Below are positions 38,512 to 48,739 of a stretch of DNA of 64,000 nt, piece by piece. The translations under genes and the position numbers were made by a program. The DNA is from Candidatus Bathyarchaeia archaeon. GTDB lineage: Archaea; Thermoproteota; Bathyarchaeia; 40CM-2-53-6. The stretch's first letter is position 1; every line of letters starts with the position of its first letter. The notes under the pieces were generated by a model. It did not search any database. It was not told the origin of the DNA and worked only from the letters and a program-made list of their open reading frames with translations. The stretch spans positions 1 through 64,000 of the forward strand of contig JBEKSC010000001.1 of the NCBI GenBank assembly GCA_049517415.1, read 5' to 3'.

Positions 38512-38979
38512 TCAAAATTGCTTTAGGATGTCTTCTCTTTCCATGATGTGACCGCAGAAAGAGCATCCTAATCTAATGGGTTCTCGTTGAGTCACGCCAA
38601 ACTGTGGTTGAACGGGTTCCCTCGAATTTGAGATACAAGAGGGGTTGTCGCATTTCAGAATGCCCCGAATTGTAGACGGGAGTTCAACGTTTTTCTTAGT
38701 CGTGACTTCATAGTTCCGAATTATGTTGATCGTGGCCTTTGAAGCAATTAGGGCGATCTTGTTCACTTCTGCTGGCTTAAGTTCCCTATCCTGAATCTTT
38801 ACGATGTCTTTGTGACCAAGTCCTTTGCTGTCAACATTCATTGCTGCAGTTACAGCCCCTCCTGCCTTTCCGTTGATGCCGAGAATTTTCAATACGTCAA
38901 GAGCGAAACCAGGCGTTATGTGATCGATGACTGTTCCATCCCTGATCTTGCTAACGTAAAGTTCTTGTCGTGTCTCCAA
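38512..38979 (-). CDS. pyrI: Aspartate carbamoyltransferase regulatory chain
   Basis: GTVIDHI, KDIVKI, ATINII, CDNPSC...CSFC. Confidence 0.97.
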   Translation of the reverse strand: METRQELYVSKIRDGTVIDHITPGFALDVLKILGINGKAGGAVTAAMNVDSKGLGHKDIVKIQDRELKPAEVNKIALIASKATINIIRNYEVTTKKNVELPSTIRGILKCDNPSCISNSREPVQPQFGVTQREPIRLGCSFCGHIMEREDILKQF

Positions 38980-39050
38980 AGCGGCTCAATCAAGCGATGA
39001 CGCCGACAATTATTTAAGCATGAAAATCAACAAGACGCGGGCGTATTGAA

Positions 39051-39971
39051 GTGCAGTTTGCCGGAAGAGATATCGTATCGATCAAAGATTTCTCGCGGGA
39101 AGAGATCGACCACATTCTGAAGATGACAGATGTCGTCGAGCCGATGGCGAAAACAGGTTCGCATGCGCTTGACGGCAAAATTATGGCTACGCTGTTCTTC
39201 GAGCCCAGCACTCGAACTCGTCTCAGCTTCGAATCTGCAATGTATCGTTACGGCGGCAAATGCTTAGGTTTCGCTGAACCTAAAGTTGCATCAGTTGAAA
39301 AAGGAGAGAACTTGGCGGATACCGTCCGTACCGTAGAGAGCTATGCAGATATTCTTGTCATTCGTCACCCTCTGGAAGGCGCGGCACGTCTAGCTGCCGA
39401 GTTTGCCTCCGTCCCAGTCATCAACGCCGGAACGGGAGCTGAAGAACATCCGACTCAGGCTATGCTTGACCTCTACACGATGCGAAAGGAAACGGGAAAG
39501 CTAGATGGGTTGAATGTCGCACTCGCCGGCGATCTCAGGTACGGGCGGACCGTTCACTCACTAGCATATGCGCTTTCGCTATATGACATCAACCTCTACT
39601 TGATTTCACCACCTCTGCTAAGGATGAGAAAGGAGGTGTTGGAAGAGGTCAAAGATCGAATCAAGATCCAGGAGCTTGAGGATCTATCCAAAGTAATCCC
39701 GCAAGTTGATGTTCTCTACATGACACGGATTCAGAAGGAACGTTTTGGTTCCTTGGAGGACTACGAAAAGGTTCGCGGATCCTACAAACTTGCCGCGGGC
39801 GACCTAAGCACAGCAAAGCCCGGAATGATTCTCATGCATCCGTTGCCTCGAGTTGACGAAATCGCATACGACGTCGACGCCACTCCTCACTCCAAATACT
39901 TCAAACAGGTCTTCTATGGACTTCTGGTGAGGATGGCTTTAATCGGGCTTGTTCTCGGCGCCTTGAGTTAA
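39051..39971 (+). CDS. pyrB: Aspartate carbamoyltransferase catalytic chain
   Basis: FFEPSTRTR, HPTQ, GDLRYGRTVHS, TRIQKER, HPLPR. Confidence 0.98.
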   Translation: MQFAGRDIVSIKDFSREEIDHILKMTDVVEPMAKTGSHALDGKIMATLFFEPSTRTRLSFESAMYRYGGKCLGFAEPKVASVEKGENLADTVRTVESYADILVIRHPLEGAARLAAEFASVPVINAGTGAEEHPTQAMLDLYTMRKETGKLDGLNVALAGDLRYGRTVHSLAYALSLYDINLYLISPPLLRMRKEVLEEVKDRIKIQELEDLSKVIPQVDVLYMTRIQKERFGSLEDYEKVRGSYKLAAGDLSTAKPGMILMHPLPRVDEIAYDVDATPHSKYFKQVFYGLLVRMALIGLVLGALS

Positions 39972-40142
39972 ACGGAGTCGCAACCGCGGGCACCGATTGT
40001 AATATTCGCGATCAGATTTGCAGTAATCCTTCCTTGAGGACGTAACCAGCATAGGGCTGGCGCAAAACTTGACTGCCATGTTGGAAGATGCAGAAGCCGC
40101 AAGTTATTTCTAGAAGATGCAATAATTGCTTAGGGTTCTGAA

Positions 40143-40604
40143 ATGGAGCATATCGAAGATAGGAAAGCCCATCAAGGTTTCATGAAGGTAGCCATCGAGG
40201 AAGCAAAGCTCGGAATGCATGAGGGGGGCGTTCCAATTGGGTCCGTCCTTGTACGGAACGGAAAGATCATTGGACAGGGACACAACAGACACATACAGGA
40301 GCGAGACCCAACCTCGCACGCAGAAATCGATTGTCTTCGCAAGGCAGGAAGAATAGGTAGCTATAGCGACACAACAATCTACTCCACATTGATGCCTTGC
40401 TACCTCTGTTCAGGAGCAGTCGTCCAATTTGGAATAAGCAAGGTAGTTGTGGGAGAATCGGCGACTTTTCCCGGAGGTGAGGAGTTAATGGTAAGCCATG
40501 GCGTTCAGGTAATCAACCTAAACCTCGATGAATGCAAAGAAATCATGAAGCAGTTCATAGAGAAATATCCGAAGCTATGGGATGAGGATATAGGGAAACT
40601 CTGA
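40143..40604 (+). CDS. Cytosine deaminase, Fcy1-like (nucleoside deaminase family)
   Basis: GGVPIGS, HAE, PCYLCSGA, WDEDIG. Confidence 0.9.
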   Translation: MEHIEDRKAHQGFMKVAIEEAKLGMHEGGVPIGSVLVRNGKIIGQGHNRHIQERDPTSHAEIDCLRKAGRIGSYSDTTIYSTLMPCYLCSGAVVQFGISKVVVGESATFPGGEELMVSHGVQVINLNLDECKEIMKQFIEKYPKLWDEDIGKL

Positions 40605-40641
40605 CGGCTTCGTTGCCTGGTTACTGAATCTGACATGACTT

Positions 40642-41733
40642 TTATCTCAGAGGATCCGCCTTTACTTTTTCTAATCCTTTCTCGAGTCTGAGCAGCTCAT
40701 CTGACGCTATCTTTTCCTGCCAATCCTTCAATTCTCCGATCTCTAGCAGACTTTTCATTAATCGTATACTGTTTTCTAGGTGGCCAGCTATGTCACCTTC
40801 TTCATAACCCAGGCCGTTGAAGAGTCTACTTTGACGCGCGGACCAATCACCGGGTTGATCCGACCCGGGAACAAATTCATGTAGATATTCCACAAATGTG
40901 ACTCTATCGACCAAGGCGCCGAGTTTGCTGATCGAATGATCCCTTCGCCAAAGCCATTCGTCTACCCCGTATAGTGGCATGTCGTAATTGTTGGCGCAGA
41001 GAGCGGTTAGATTGCCGATTGCAAATGCTACTAATGGAATACCGTGGCTTCGCGCAATTTTGTCGAGCAGCTTGAGTCCTTCTAGAGCGATGAATCCATA
41101 GAGAATCCACTTGGAGATATGCGAGCCGACTTCTTCGCAATGATTAATGGCGGCTCTGATGCTGACTTCGGCTGACCTACTGCTTGCCACTGTATCTTGC
41201 ATTATCAAGAAAACCTCGCTGTTTGCGGGAAGTTCCGCAAAATCTTCGTAAACTATGTCAAGTTGTCGGTGAACTATGCCGTCGTGATCTCGATAAGATG
41301 TGTGAGTGTAGCGAGGCCTAATGTTGACGGTTCTATAGTTGCCTGGTATTACTCGACTCGCTGCCTGATGCAGGTTGTACCCGGGAGCGGCTCGGAGTAT
41401 TTGTTCAAATACTATTGCGCCCTCCTTAGCGGTATTGATTTGTGATAGTTCGAGAATTGCAGGAAGACTCTGTTCTGCAGCCTCTAGTGTGAGTTTTTCA
41501 AGTTCATCCCCGACCACATGTGGGTGGCAAGCGATTCTTCGGGTCATAGGAGTGTCGATGATGAAGGCATTCAATGAGGAGCTTTGAACTTCAAAGACTC
41601 TAGTCTGCGGATTAAGATTTGTTTTAGTTAGCTTAGCGGGTCTTGTAGCGTCGACATTGACGCCGTATTCCTGAATTATGGAATCCACTAGGTTTGTTTC
41701 AAGTTCTTCCAATTGCTCCATCTCGGAAAACAA
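40642..41733 (-). CDS. Divergent type I phosphoribosyltransferase (UPRT-like)
   Basis: QILRAAPG resembles UPRT ILRAG; QDTVASSRS resembles the PRPP loop D..LATG.S; C-terminal PGDW. Confidence 0.6.
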   Translation of the reverse strand: MFSEMEQLEELETNLVDSIIQEYGVNVDATRPAKLTKTNLNPQTRVFEVQSSSLNAFIIDTPMTRRIACHPHVVGDELEKLTLEAAEQSLPAILELSQINTAKEGAIVFEQILRAAPGYNLHQAASRVIPGNYRTVNIRPRYTHTSYRDHDGIVHRQLDIVYEDFAELPANSEVFLIMQDTVASSRSAEVSIRAAINHCEEVGSHISKWILYGFIALEGLKLLDKIARSHGIPLVAFAIGNLTALCANNYDMPLYGVDEWLWRRDHSISKLGALVDRVTFVEYLHEFVPGSDQPGDWSARQSRLFNGLGYEEGDIAGHLENSIRLMKSLLEIGELKDWQEKIASDELLRLEKGLEKVKADPLR

Positions 41734-41869
41734 GGTTCCAAGATAGGCGATGGCTCATTGAAATAATTACCCACCAGCATTCAGGAACAAATCATAACGG
41801 AATTCTCAAGCCGCAGAAACTAACCTTGGCTTAATGTTAAATACTATAAGACGAGCATCATTCGAGACT

Positions 41870-43423
41870 ATGGCTTCCAAGTCGTCACCTGGGAAAGCCC
41901 CAGTCTTCGTTAGGGATGCAACCGGACTCCGGAAGAACGTCAGTCTATTGGATGCTATATCAATCAACGTAAGTGACATGTCTGCGGGCGCTGCACTTGC
42001 GAATATTGGTTTTACCACGATCCTGTTGCCCACCATGGCTGGTGTGAACCTCGTCTTAGGCTCACTCATAGCGTTCGTGCTCATCGTGCCGCAAGTCATC
42101 ATCTACACAATGATGACAAGACGGATGCCACGCACTGGGGGAGACTACGTTTGGGTCTCTAGGTCGATGGGGGGTTTTCTCGGGAATGTCTTGGCCTTGA
42201 GCGGTTACACTATGGGAAACATTCCATTCGCAGCGCTCATCGCGTTATCCGCAGTGTTCGCGATTGGATCAGTTGGCGTTTCATTAGGTTACCAGAATAT
42301 GCTTAGTTTAGCACTTCCAGGAAACATGCAAGGCGCAGCTCCGGCTTCACAGTTCCTCCTGGCCAGCGTGATTTTGATCGTACTCTTCGCGATTAACATC
42401 GTCAGACCGAAAATCGCATACAAGTTGATCTCGATCTTTACGGTGATCGGAATCGTCTCTATGTTGGTGGCCGTTTTCGTTCTCGTGTCAAGTGGGACCA
42501 ATGGCGCTGTCAACTACGTGAATTCTCTTGGCAATTCCACATTGACTTTTCAGGGCATCGCGAGGAGCTATACAGGGCCGTCTTTCGATTGGGCTGCAAC
42601 TCTCATGTTCGTGCCGTACTTTGCTTTCTTCACCTACCCATGGGTTAACGCTGCACCTGCGGTGGCCTCCGAGATCAAAGGAAAAAGCGCGTTGAAATGG
42701 AATGTCGCGGTTTCCGCGGTTGTTGTTATGCTATTGGTTACAGGAGCGTTTGGATCCATGTACTACGCAGGTGGAATGGCGTTCGTTAACGCAGCCTTGG
42801 CCAACCCAACTATGGTGTATAACTACTCGTTCAACTTTTGGACGTTCGCAATGGGTGCTACAACGAATCCGATTCTGTCATGGATAATCGGAATTGGTTG
42901 GATCCTTTGGATCATCAACATTCTCGCGTACCTTGTGGTTGTAGAAGGCAGATATCTCATGGCGCAAGCGTTTGACAGGTTTTTGCCTTCAATGGTTGCG
43001 TACGTTAGCAAGTATGGCTCGCCCGTCGTCGCCCACCTTATCGATCTGGTGATAACGATTGCACTCGTCGCGGGCGCGTCATTTCTCTACGGTACTTTTG
43101 TCTCACTATACGGAACGATAGTTGGCCCCATGATATACTTCGCCTTCGTTGGTGTTGCCGCTGTGATATTTGCGGTTAGGAATGAGAAGGGAGCTCCGAA
43201 AGTAATCCTAGCGATTGTAGGAGTTCTTTCCGCTGGGGTCTTCCTCTGGTTGACTGCGGAGTTCCTTCTCTACTGGACTATCTGGGGAGGCAACTGGCTG
43301 GCCTACGGATTTATTGCTGGAACAGCGATCGTCGGTGCCGTCATCTACGTTACATCAAAGATGTACCACGCGCGCAGAGGGCTTGACATTTCACTGGTGT
43401 ACAAGCAGTTACCGCCCGAGTAG
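41870..43423 (+). CDS. APC-family amino acid permease
   Basis: FVRDATGLRK, MPRTGGDYVW, ASEIK, AFDR.LP; multiple TM helices. Confidence 0.92.
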   Translation: MASKSSPGKAPVFVRDATGLRKNVSLLDAISINVSDMSAGAALANIGFTTILLPTMAGVNLVLGSLIAFVLIVPQVIIYTMMTRRMPRTGGDYVWVSRSMGGFLGNVLALSGYTMGNIPFAALIALSAVFAIGSVGVSLGYQNMLSLALPGNMQGAAPASQFLLASVILIVLFAINIVRPKIAYKLISIFTVIGIVSMLVAVFVLVSSGTNGAVNYVNSLGNSTLTFQGIARSYTGPSFDWAATLMFVPYFAFFTYPWVNAAPAVASEIKGKSALKWNVAVSAVVVMLLVTGAFGSMYYAGGMAFVNAALANPTMVYNYSFNFWTFAMGATTNPILSWIIGIGWILWIINILAYLVVVEGRYLMAQAFDRFLPSMVAYVSKYGSPVVAHLIDLVITIALVAGASFLYGTFVSLYGTIVGPMIYFAFVGVAAVIFAVRNEKGAPKVILAIVGVLSAGVFLWLTAEFLLYWTIWGGNWLAYGFIAGTAIVGAVIYVTSKMYHARRGLDISLVYKQLPPE

Positions 43424-43901
43424 CAGCACCTCTCCTGCTAACCAACGGTCATGTCAGGTGACGGCTTGGACCATCTTGCGCATTCGTTACTCCGACCGAA
43501 GTGCGGCAAGAAAATTCGTTAGATTACACTCTATTCAAGAGAGGAAGAACTTTCTAGCTCTCAATTACGAAGTCATTGACTTTGCGGTCCTTCCAAAATG
43601 CCCAGTGAGAAACTATTACTTTTGGACCTCGGTTGCTTGGGTGGAGACATAGGCTAGTTCTCACCGGGGTGGCTCAGGAGGTGCTGCGGCAAACAAGAAC
43701 CGAAACCCATCTGTGACTTGGATGGAGATCCCAGCTGTGGTAGAAGTATCCTAAGGCTCTAAAGACAATAGAATAGCGGCGTGCTGTGCGTGAGGATCTT
43801 CCACACCATCCAACATACATTGAGTTAGTCGTAGTCGTATGAAAGACTCACTTGGGCATGTCGACGGGACGAAACCAATGTCCCAGTTTTATTCATCGGT
43901 G

Positions 43902-44288
43902 TCAATATGGTTTCGGACCCGAAGAAGGAAATATGTTATCCACTTGAGCGTAGTAGAAAATGACGTCCACGTATCCCCCCGGATCATATTCAAAGACATG
44001 CCATTCAAGTTCCGGAGTGTGCAATGTCATACCCTTCCGAAGGGGTAGCCGCGGTCCCAACTTGTCCGGACTTGGCCCATAGCGCACATAGCCGTCCTTA
44101 GCGTCAATAACGTGGACGACTTCTTCGGCATGCTGGTGAGGCTGCATCGGTCCGCTTTCTTCACTGTAACGCGCAAATCCAGCTGTCATCTTCTCGCTTC
44201 GCGAAACACCAGTCTTGCCAACCACATGCTGGACCACTCTGCCAGGGAGCATTTCCTTCTTCAGAGTATCGCGCGGCATCAATTTCAT
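43902..44288 (-). CDS. Cupin-domain protein
   Basis: PHQHAEE...P..EWH metal motif. Confidence 0.8.
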   Translation of the reverse strand: MKLMPRDTLKKEMLPGRVVQHVVGKTGVSRSEKMTAGFARYSEESGPMQPHQHAEEVVHVIDAKDGYVRYGPSPDKLGPRLPLRKGMTLHTPELEWHVFEYDPGGYVDVIFYYAQVDNIFPSSGPKPY

Positions 44289-44538
44289 CCTAATGCGCCG
44301 TTTCGGGATGAGTCTACAAGATAAACATAAATCTTAAGCGTGATTCCCTTAAGTCGAAGAGAGCTGTCCCTTTCTACAGTCAGTCAGTGAAGCATACAAA
44401 AGAGTTTGCGAAACACGAAGCGATGCTGAGCTGCCCCCTACTCCGGAAATAGATTCTTTTCTCCAAGTTGCCTACATTTTCCAGAATTGTCAAAACTCAA
44501 ATAATCGAAACGTCCATTGATGGATATCGTGATATGTT

Positions 44539-45915
44539 ATGGGCAGTTTCTTTACAATTAACCCTGCAACAAGTGAGAGAATACGAGAATACAAAACGAT
44601 CGGAGAGGGAGAAGCTCGCGCCTTCGCAAAAGAAGCGAATCTAGCCTTTGAAAGGTGGAGGGAAACCGAGATCTCTCAGAGATCAGAGCTGTTATTGAAT
44701 CTCGCGAAAGTACTGAGAGATAACAAGACTGAGTATGCAAGAGCAATGACGGTGGAGATGGGAAAGCCGATAAAGCAGTCGCTTTCTGAGGTTGAGAAAT
44801 GCGCTTGGAGTGCTGAGGTTATAGCGAAGAATGGAGGGGAGTGGTTACGAGATGAACCCGGTGAGACTGATGCATACAGGAGCATTGTTGCGTTTGAACC
44901 ATTGGGCACGATACTCGGAGTGATGCCTTGGAATTTTCCGTTCTGGCAGGCATTAAGGTTCGCTATGCCAGCTGTCCTAGCTGGGAACACAACCATGTTG
45001 AGGCACTCAAACGTTGTTCCTCAATGCGCTCTGTTGATAGAGGAAGCATTCACGAAAGCGGGTTTTCCAGACAATGTGTTCAAGACTGTGGTAACCGAAC
45101 ATTCTGTCGTTGACTCGCTCATTGGAAGTGAGTACATAAGGGGCGTTTCATTTACGGGCAGCACAGATGCCGGACGGCATATCGCAGTGTTGGCTGCCCA
45201 GAATCTGAAGAAATGCGTCTTAGAACTCGGGGGAAGTGACCCCCTAATAGTCCTAGAAGACGCCAGACTCGATAAGGCAGCAAGCATCGCAGCTGAATCG
45301 AGGTTGGTCAACTCTGGCCAAAGCTGCATTAACGCGAAACGGTTCATAGTTGTCAAAGGAGTATACGACGAATTCAAAGAGATGCTGGTCACAAGTGTGA
45401 AGAAACTTGTCGTGGGAGACCCTCAGGATGAGAAGACAGACGTCGGCCCTCTGGTCAGAGAAGACTCTCTGAAGCTCGTCGAGTCGCAGGTTAAGGATGC
45501 GATAAAAAGAGGCGGGCGGGTTCTAATCGGCGGTAGAAGACTAGCGAGACAGGGATATTTCTACGAGCCAACTATCATCGATAACGTTGGGAGAGACGCA
45601 CGGATTGTGAAGGAAGAAGTATTCGGACCCGTTGCACCGATCATAATGGCACGTACCGAGGAAGAAGCAATCAGATTTGCGAATGAAACGGTATTTGGTT
45701 TGGCTGGAAGCCTGTGGACCGAAGACTTAGAGAGAGCTTCAAGGGCCGCCAAGAAGATCGAATCGGGAGTCGTGTTCGTTAACGGACTAGTGAAATCGGA
45801 TCCACGGATGCCGTTTGGTGGAGTAAAGCAGTCAGGCCTTGGAAGGGAACTTTCAAAATACGGGATAAGAGAATTCGTCAACACTAAAGGCATCAATGTA
45901 TACAGGACGACCTAA
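44539..45915 (+). CDS. NAD(P)-dependent succinate-semialdehyde-type dehydrogenase
   Basis: MPWNFPFWQ, FTGS, LELGGSD, GQSCI, PFGGVK.SG. Confidence 0.93.
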   Translation: MGSFFTINPATSERIREYKTIGEGEARAFAKEANLAFERWRETEISQRSELLLNLAKVLRDNKTEYARAMTVEMGKPIKQSLSEVEKCAWSAEVIAKNGGEWLRDEPGETDAYRSIVAFEPLGTILGVMPWNFPFWQALRFAMPAVLAGNTTMLRHSNVVPQCALLIEEAFTKAGFPDNVFKTVVTEHSVVDSLIGSEYIRGVSFTGSTDAGRHIAVLAAQNLKKCVLELGGSDPLIVLEDARLDKAASIAAESRLVNSGQSCINAKRFIVVKGVYDEFKEMLVTSVKKLVVGDPQDEKTDVGPLVREDSLKLVESQVKDAIKRGGRVLIGGRRLARQGYFYEPTIIDNVGRDARIVKEEVFGPVAPIIMARTEEEAIRFANETVFGLAGSLWTEDLERASRAAKKIESGVVFVNGLVKSDPRMPFGGVKQSGLGRELSKYGIREFVNTKGINVYRTT

Positions 45916-45949
45916 TTACAGAAAATAGTCAGCTAACGGTGATGAAATA

Positions 45950-46400
45950 GTACCTTGATTGCTATCGGAAAGTTGATCTCCACGAGTTGAGCGGCTTCCC
46001 TGCCTTGTGAGCAAGCTCGCATTGACCTACCTAAGCGAGTTCTTGCAAGCATGAGATATAGCCGACCAAGGCAACTATTCCGACTACAAGAATCAGGCCG
46101 AAGCGGATTCAGCTGATACCCGAGTAAGTTGTAAGCTCCATATTGCAATTCATAAGGCAAACCCACCGTCCTCAGATCACCCGTCCACGCTATCACCTCG
46201 CAATTCTCGAGCAATAGGGCGACCCCCACGTTATGAGAATTGAGTTTCGTGTCGAGAAAACTGCGTCTCTTATGGCTGGGGTAACAAGATATCGTTGAAC
46301 TACCAGCCCGATGAAGTAGAAGAGTGGAATCACGAACACCGCCGAAATGATCGGGATGATTAGGAGAATAGTACATAGTACTGAGAGAAGTTCGAGTAAG
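45950..46400 (-). pseudogene. Frameshifted remnant of a LivH-type branched-chain amino acid ABC permease
   Basis: TRLGRSMRACSQGREAAQLVEIN in one frame and hydrophobic LFYFIGLVVQRYLV...ILITWG in another. Confidence 0.7.
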
Positions 46401-46776
46401 CAGAGCGCTCGTTGATATTCGCGATGACTCAGAAAACGTACGGTTAGTCATTGGCGTGCTGGTCGACCTCAAGCGCTAGTTCCTGTACCTTTCGACTTGA
46501 CGAATGGGAGCGAGTTTTCGAACTTTGAAGAAACGGACAGGCTATTAGGGCCTTATTGGTCTCGAGCGATTAATGGTCTCAGACGCGGAATAACAGGAAA
46601 CTGGGAAGTCACAAGAGAATCATCTCTTGGCGTTCGTTCGTCAGCGTGTTTTCCGGTTTTATCGATATTCCAATGGCGCAAGAAGACCGGAGAACTTTGA
46701 GTCCCAACGCTTTCACGGAAAGAAAACGCGCATACCGTTTAGATAGAGGAAGACGGTTAGCGATCATTGACGAGCA

Positions 46777-47742
46777 TTGGAGACTGTTTCTTCTAAGGTA
46801 CTCCTTCTCAAGATGTACGAGAGCATGGTCATGCAGAGAATGTTTGAGGAAGAAGTGGCGGAACTCTACAAGAAAGGCAGAATTCCTGGGCTTGCACACC
46901 CGTATATTGGCCAAGAGGCCGTAGCAACAGGTGTATGTATGACCTTGGAAAAAAACGACCTTGTAGTTAGCAATCACAGAGGGCATGGCCACAGTCTCGC
47001 CAAAGGCGTTCCTGCTCGTTCCATCTTTAGCGAACTCATGGGCAAGGACTCCGGAATGTGCTTGGGCATCGGCGGTTCGATGCACAGCACAGATGTAGAT
47101 GCTGGATTGGTTTTCTCCACTGCAATTGTCGGTGGTGGGATACCCTTGTCCGTAGGTGTCGCTTTGGCTCTAAAGATGGGTAAGAAAGCAAATTGTGTAG
47201 TCTGTTTCTTCGGAGATGGTGCGAGCAATACAGGAGCTTTTCATGAAGCAGTGAATCTGGCAGCTGCTTGGAAACTCCCCGTGGTCTTTGTTTGTGAGAA
47301 CAACCAATACGCTATTTCAGTTCCGGTTTGCAAGTCAACATCAGCGCGCATCGCCGAAAGGGGCAAGTCGTATGGTATTCCTGGAATTCTTGTGGATGGC
47401 ATGAATGTGTTGGATGTTTACGCTGCAGCATCGGAGGTTGTTAGCGGAGCAAGGATAGGGAAAGGCCCAGCTTTGATGGAATGCGAAACCTACCGATACA
47501 AAGGTCATGGAATGTATGATACTGGATTTGACTATAGGACGAAGGAAGAAGTCGATGAGTGGATGGCACGTGATCCGATTCAAAACCTTGAACGAAAGCT
47601 GATCAGCGACAAGCTCGCTACAAATGAGGAGCTGGAAACGATTGGCCGTAGGATCAAGTCTGAGCTTGAAGAAGCTGTGAGGTTCGCCAATGAGAGACCA
47701 TATCCACCTGTCGACCTGCTGCCAAAATTCGTGTGGGGCTAG
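46777..47742 (+). CDS. TPP-dependent dehydrogenase E1 alpha (acetoin/pyruvate type)
   Basis: HPYIGQEA, HRGHGH, GDGA...ENN, TYRYKGH. Confidence 0.95.
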   Translation: METVSSKVLLLKMYESMVMQRMFEEEVAELYKKGRIPGLAHPYIGQEAVATGVCMTLEKNDLVVSNHRGHGHSLAKGVPARSIFSELMGKDSGMCLGIGGSMHSTDVDAGLVFSTAIVGGGIPLSVGVALALKMGKKANCVVCFFGDGASNTGAFHEAVNLAAAWKLPVVFVCENNQYAISVPVCKSTSARIAERGKSYGIPGILVDGMNVLDVYAAASEVVSGARIGKGPALMECETYRYKGHGMYDTGFDYRTKEEVDEWMARDPIQNLERKLISDKLATNEELETIGRRIKSELEEAVRFANERPYPPVDLLPKFVWG

Positions 47743-47759
47743 CTGGTGAGGATTTGAAG

Positions 47760-48725
47760 ATGCTAACATTTGTCGAAGCCGTCCGCGAGGCGTTGACCGA
47801 GGAAATGCGCCGTGATGAAAAAGTGTTCGTCATGGGAGAAGACGTGGGCAAGTTTGGCGGTGTTTTCAAGGTAACCAAAGGCCTGCTAGAAGAATTTGGA
47901 CCAGAACGTGTTAGAGACACACCGCTCTCTGAGAATGCGATAGTTGGCGCGGCGGTTGGGGCCGCGCTTATGGGCTATCGTCCCGTTGCAGAAGTAATGT
48001 ACATGGACTTTCTGAACGAATGCGCGGACCAGCTTGTCAATCATTTGCCGAAGCTCCACTTCATGACGGGAGGAAAACTAACGGCGCCTGTTGTCATCAG
48101 GACGCAGTATAGTCTAGGACGAAACACAGGAGCACAGCATTCTCAGTGCTTTCCAGCTTTCTACATGAATACCCCTGGGTTGATGCTGGCTATGCCCTCG
48201 ACACCCGCTGATGCGAAAGGCCTTCTCAAGACGGCCATTCGAGGAAACAATCCCGTTCTCTTCGTGGAATCTGCCATTCTGTATAGCAGCAAAGGAGAAG
48301 TCCCCGAAGACGAGTTTCTAATTCCGTTCGGGTGTGCAGATATCAAGCGACAAGGAGAAGATGTAACCCTAGTTGCAATATCCAGGTTGGTGGGAGAGGC
48401 CTTGGCGGCTGCCGATGCTCTGGCATCCGAAGGAATTAGTGTCGAAGTCGTTGATCCGCGGACGCTTGTTCCTCTCGACGCTAACACCATCATATCTTCT
48501 GTGAGGAAGACCGGACGCCTAGTTACCGCGGAAGATAGTTGCAGGACATCCGGAGTGGGCGCTGAGATCTTAGCCCGGGTTATGGAAAACGCCATGGATT
48601 ACCTAGAGGGAGTAGGACGTGTAGCATGCCCTGACATACCAGCACCATTCAGTCCACCTCTTCAGAGCGCCTACATGCCGACAAGAAACACGATAATTAG
48701 CACGATAAAGAGCATTATGTCATGA
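47760..48725 (+). CDS. TPP-dependent dehydrogenase E1 beta
   Basis: GEDVG..GGVF, DTPLSE, AQHSQ, EVVDPRTL. Confidence 0.95.
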   Translation: MLTFVEAVREALTEEMRRDEKVFVMGEDVGKFGGVFKVTKGLLEEFGPERVRDTPLSENAIVGAAVGAALMGYRPVAEVMYMDFLNECADQLVNHLPKLHFMTGGKLTAPVVIRTQYSLGRNTGAQHSQCFPAFYMNTPGLMLAMPSTPADAKGLLKTAIRGNNPVLFVESAILYSSKGEVPEDEFLIPFGCADIKRQGEDVTLVAISRLVGEALAAADALASEGISVEVVDPRTLVPLDANTIISSVRKTGRLVTAEDSCRTSGVGAEILARVMENAMDYLEGVGRVACPDIPAPFSPPLQSAYMPTRNTIISTIKSIMS

Positions 48726-48739
48726 ACATACGATCTAAT

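Noticed and set aside
45933..46472. 179-aa ORF as an intact gene
   Set aside because: It is a mosaic of frames from a LivH pseudogene.
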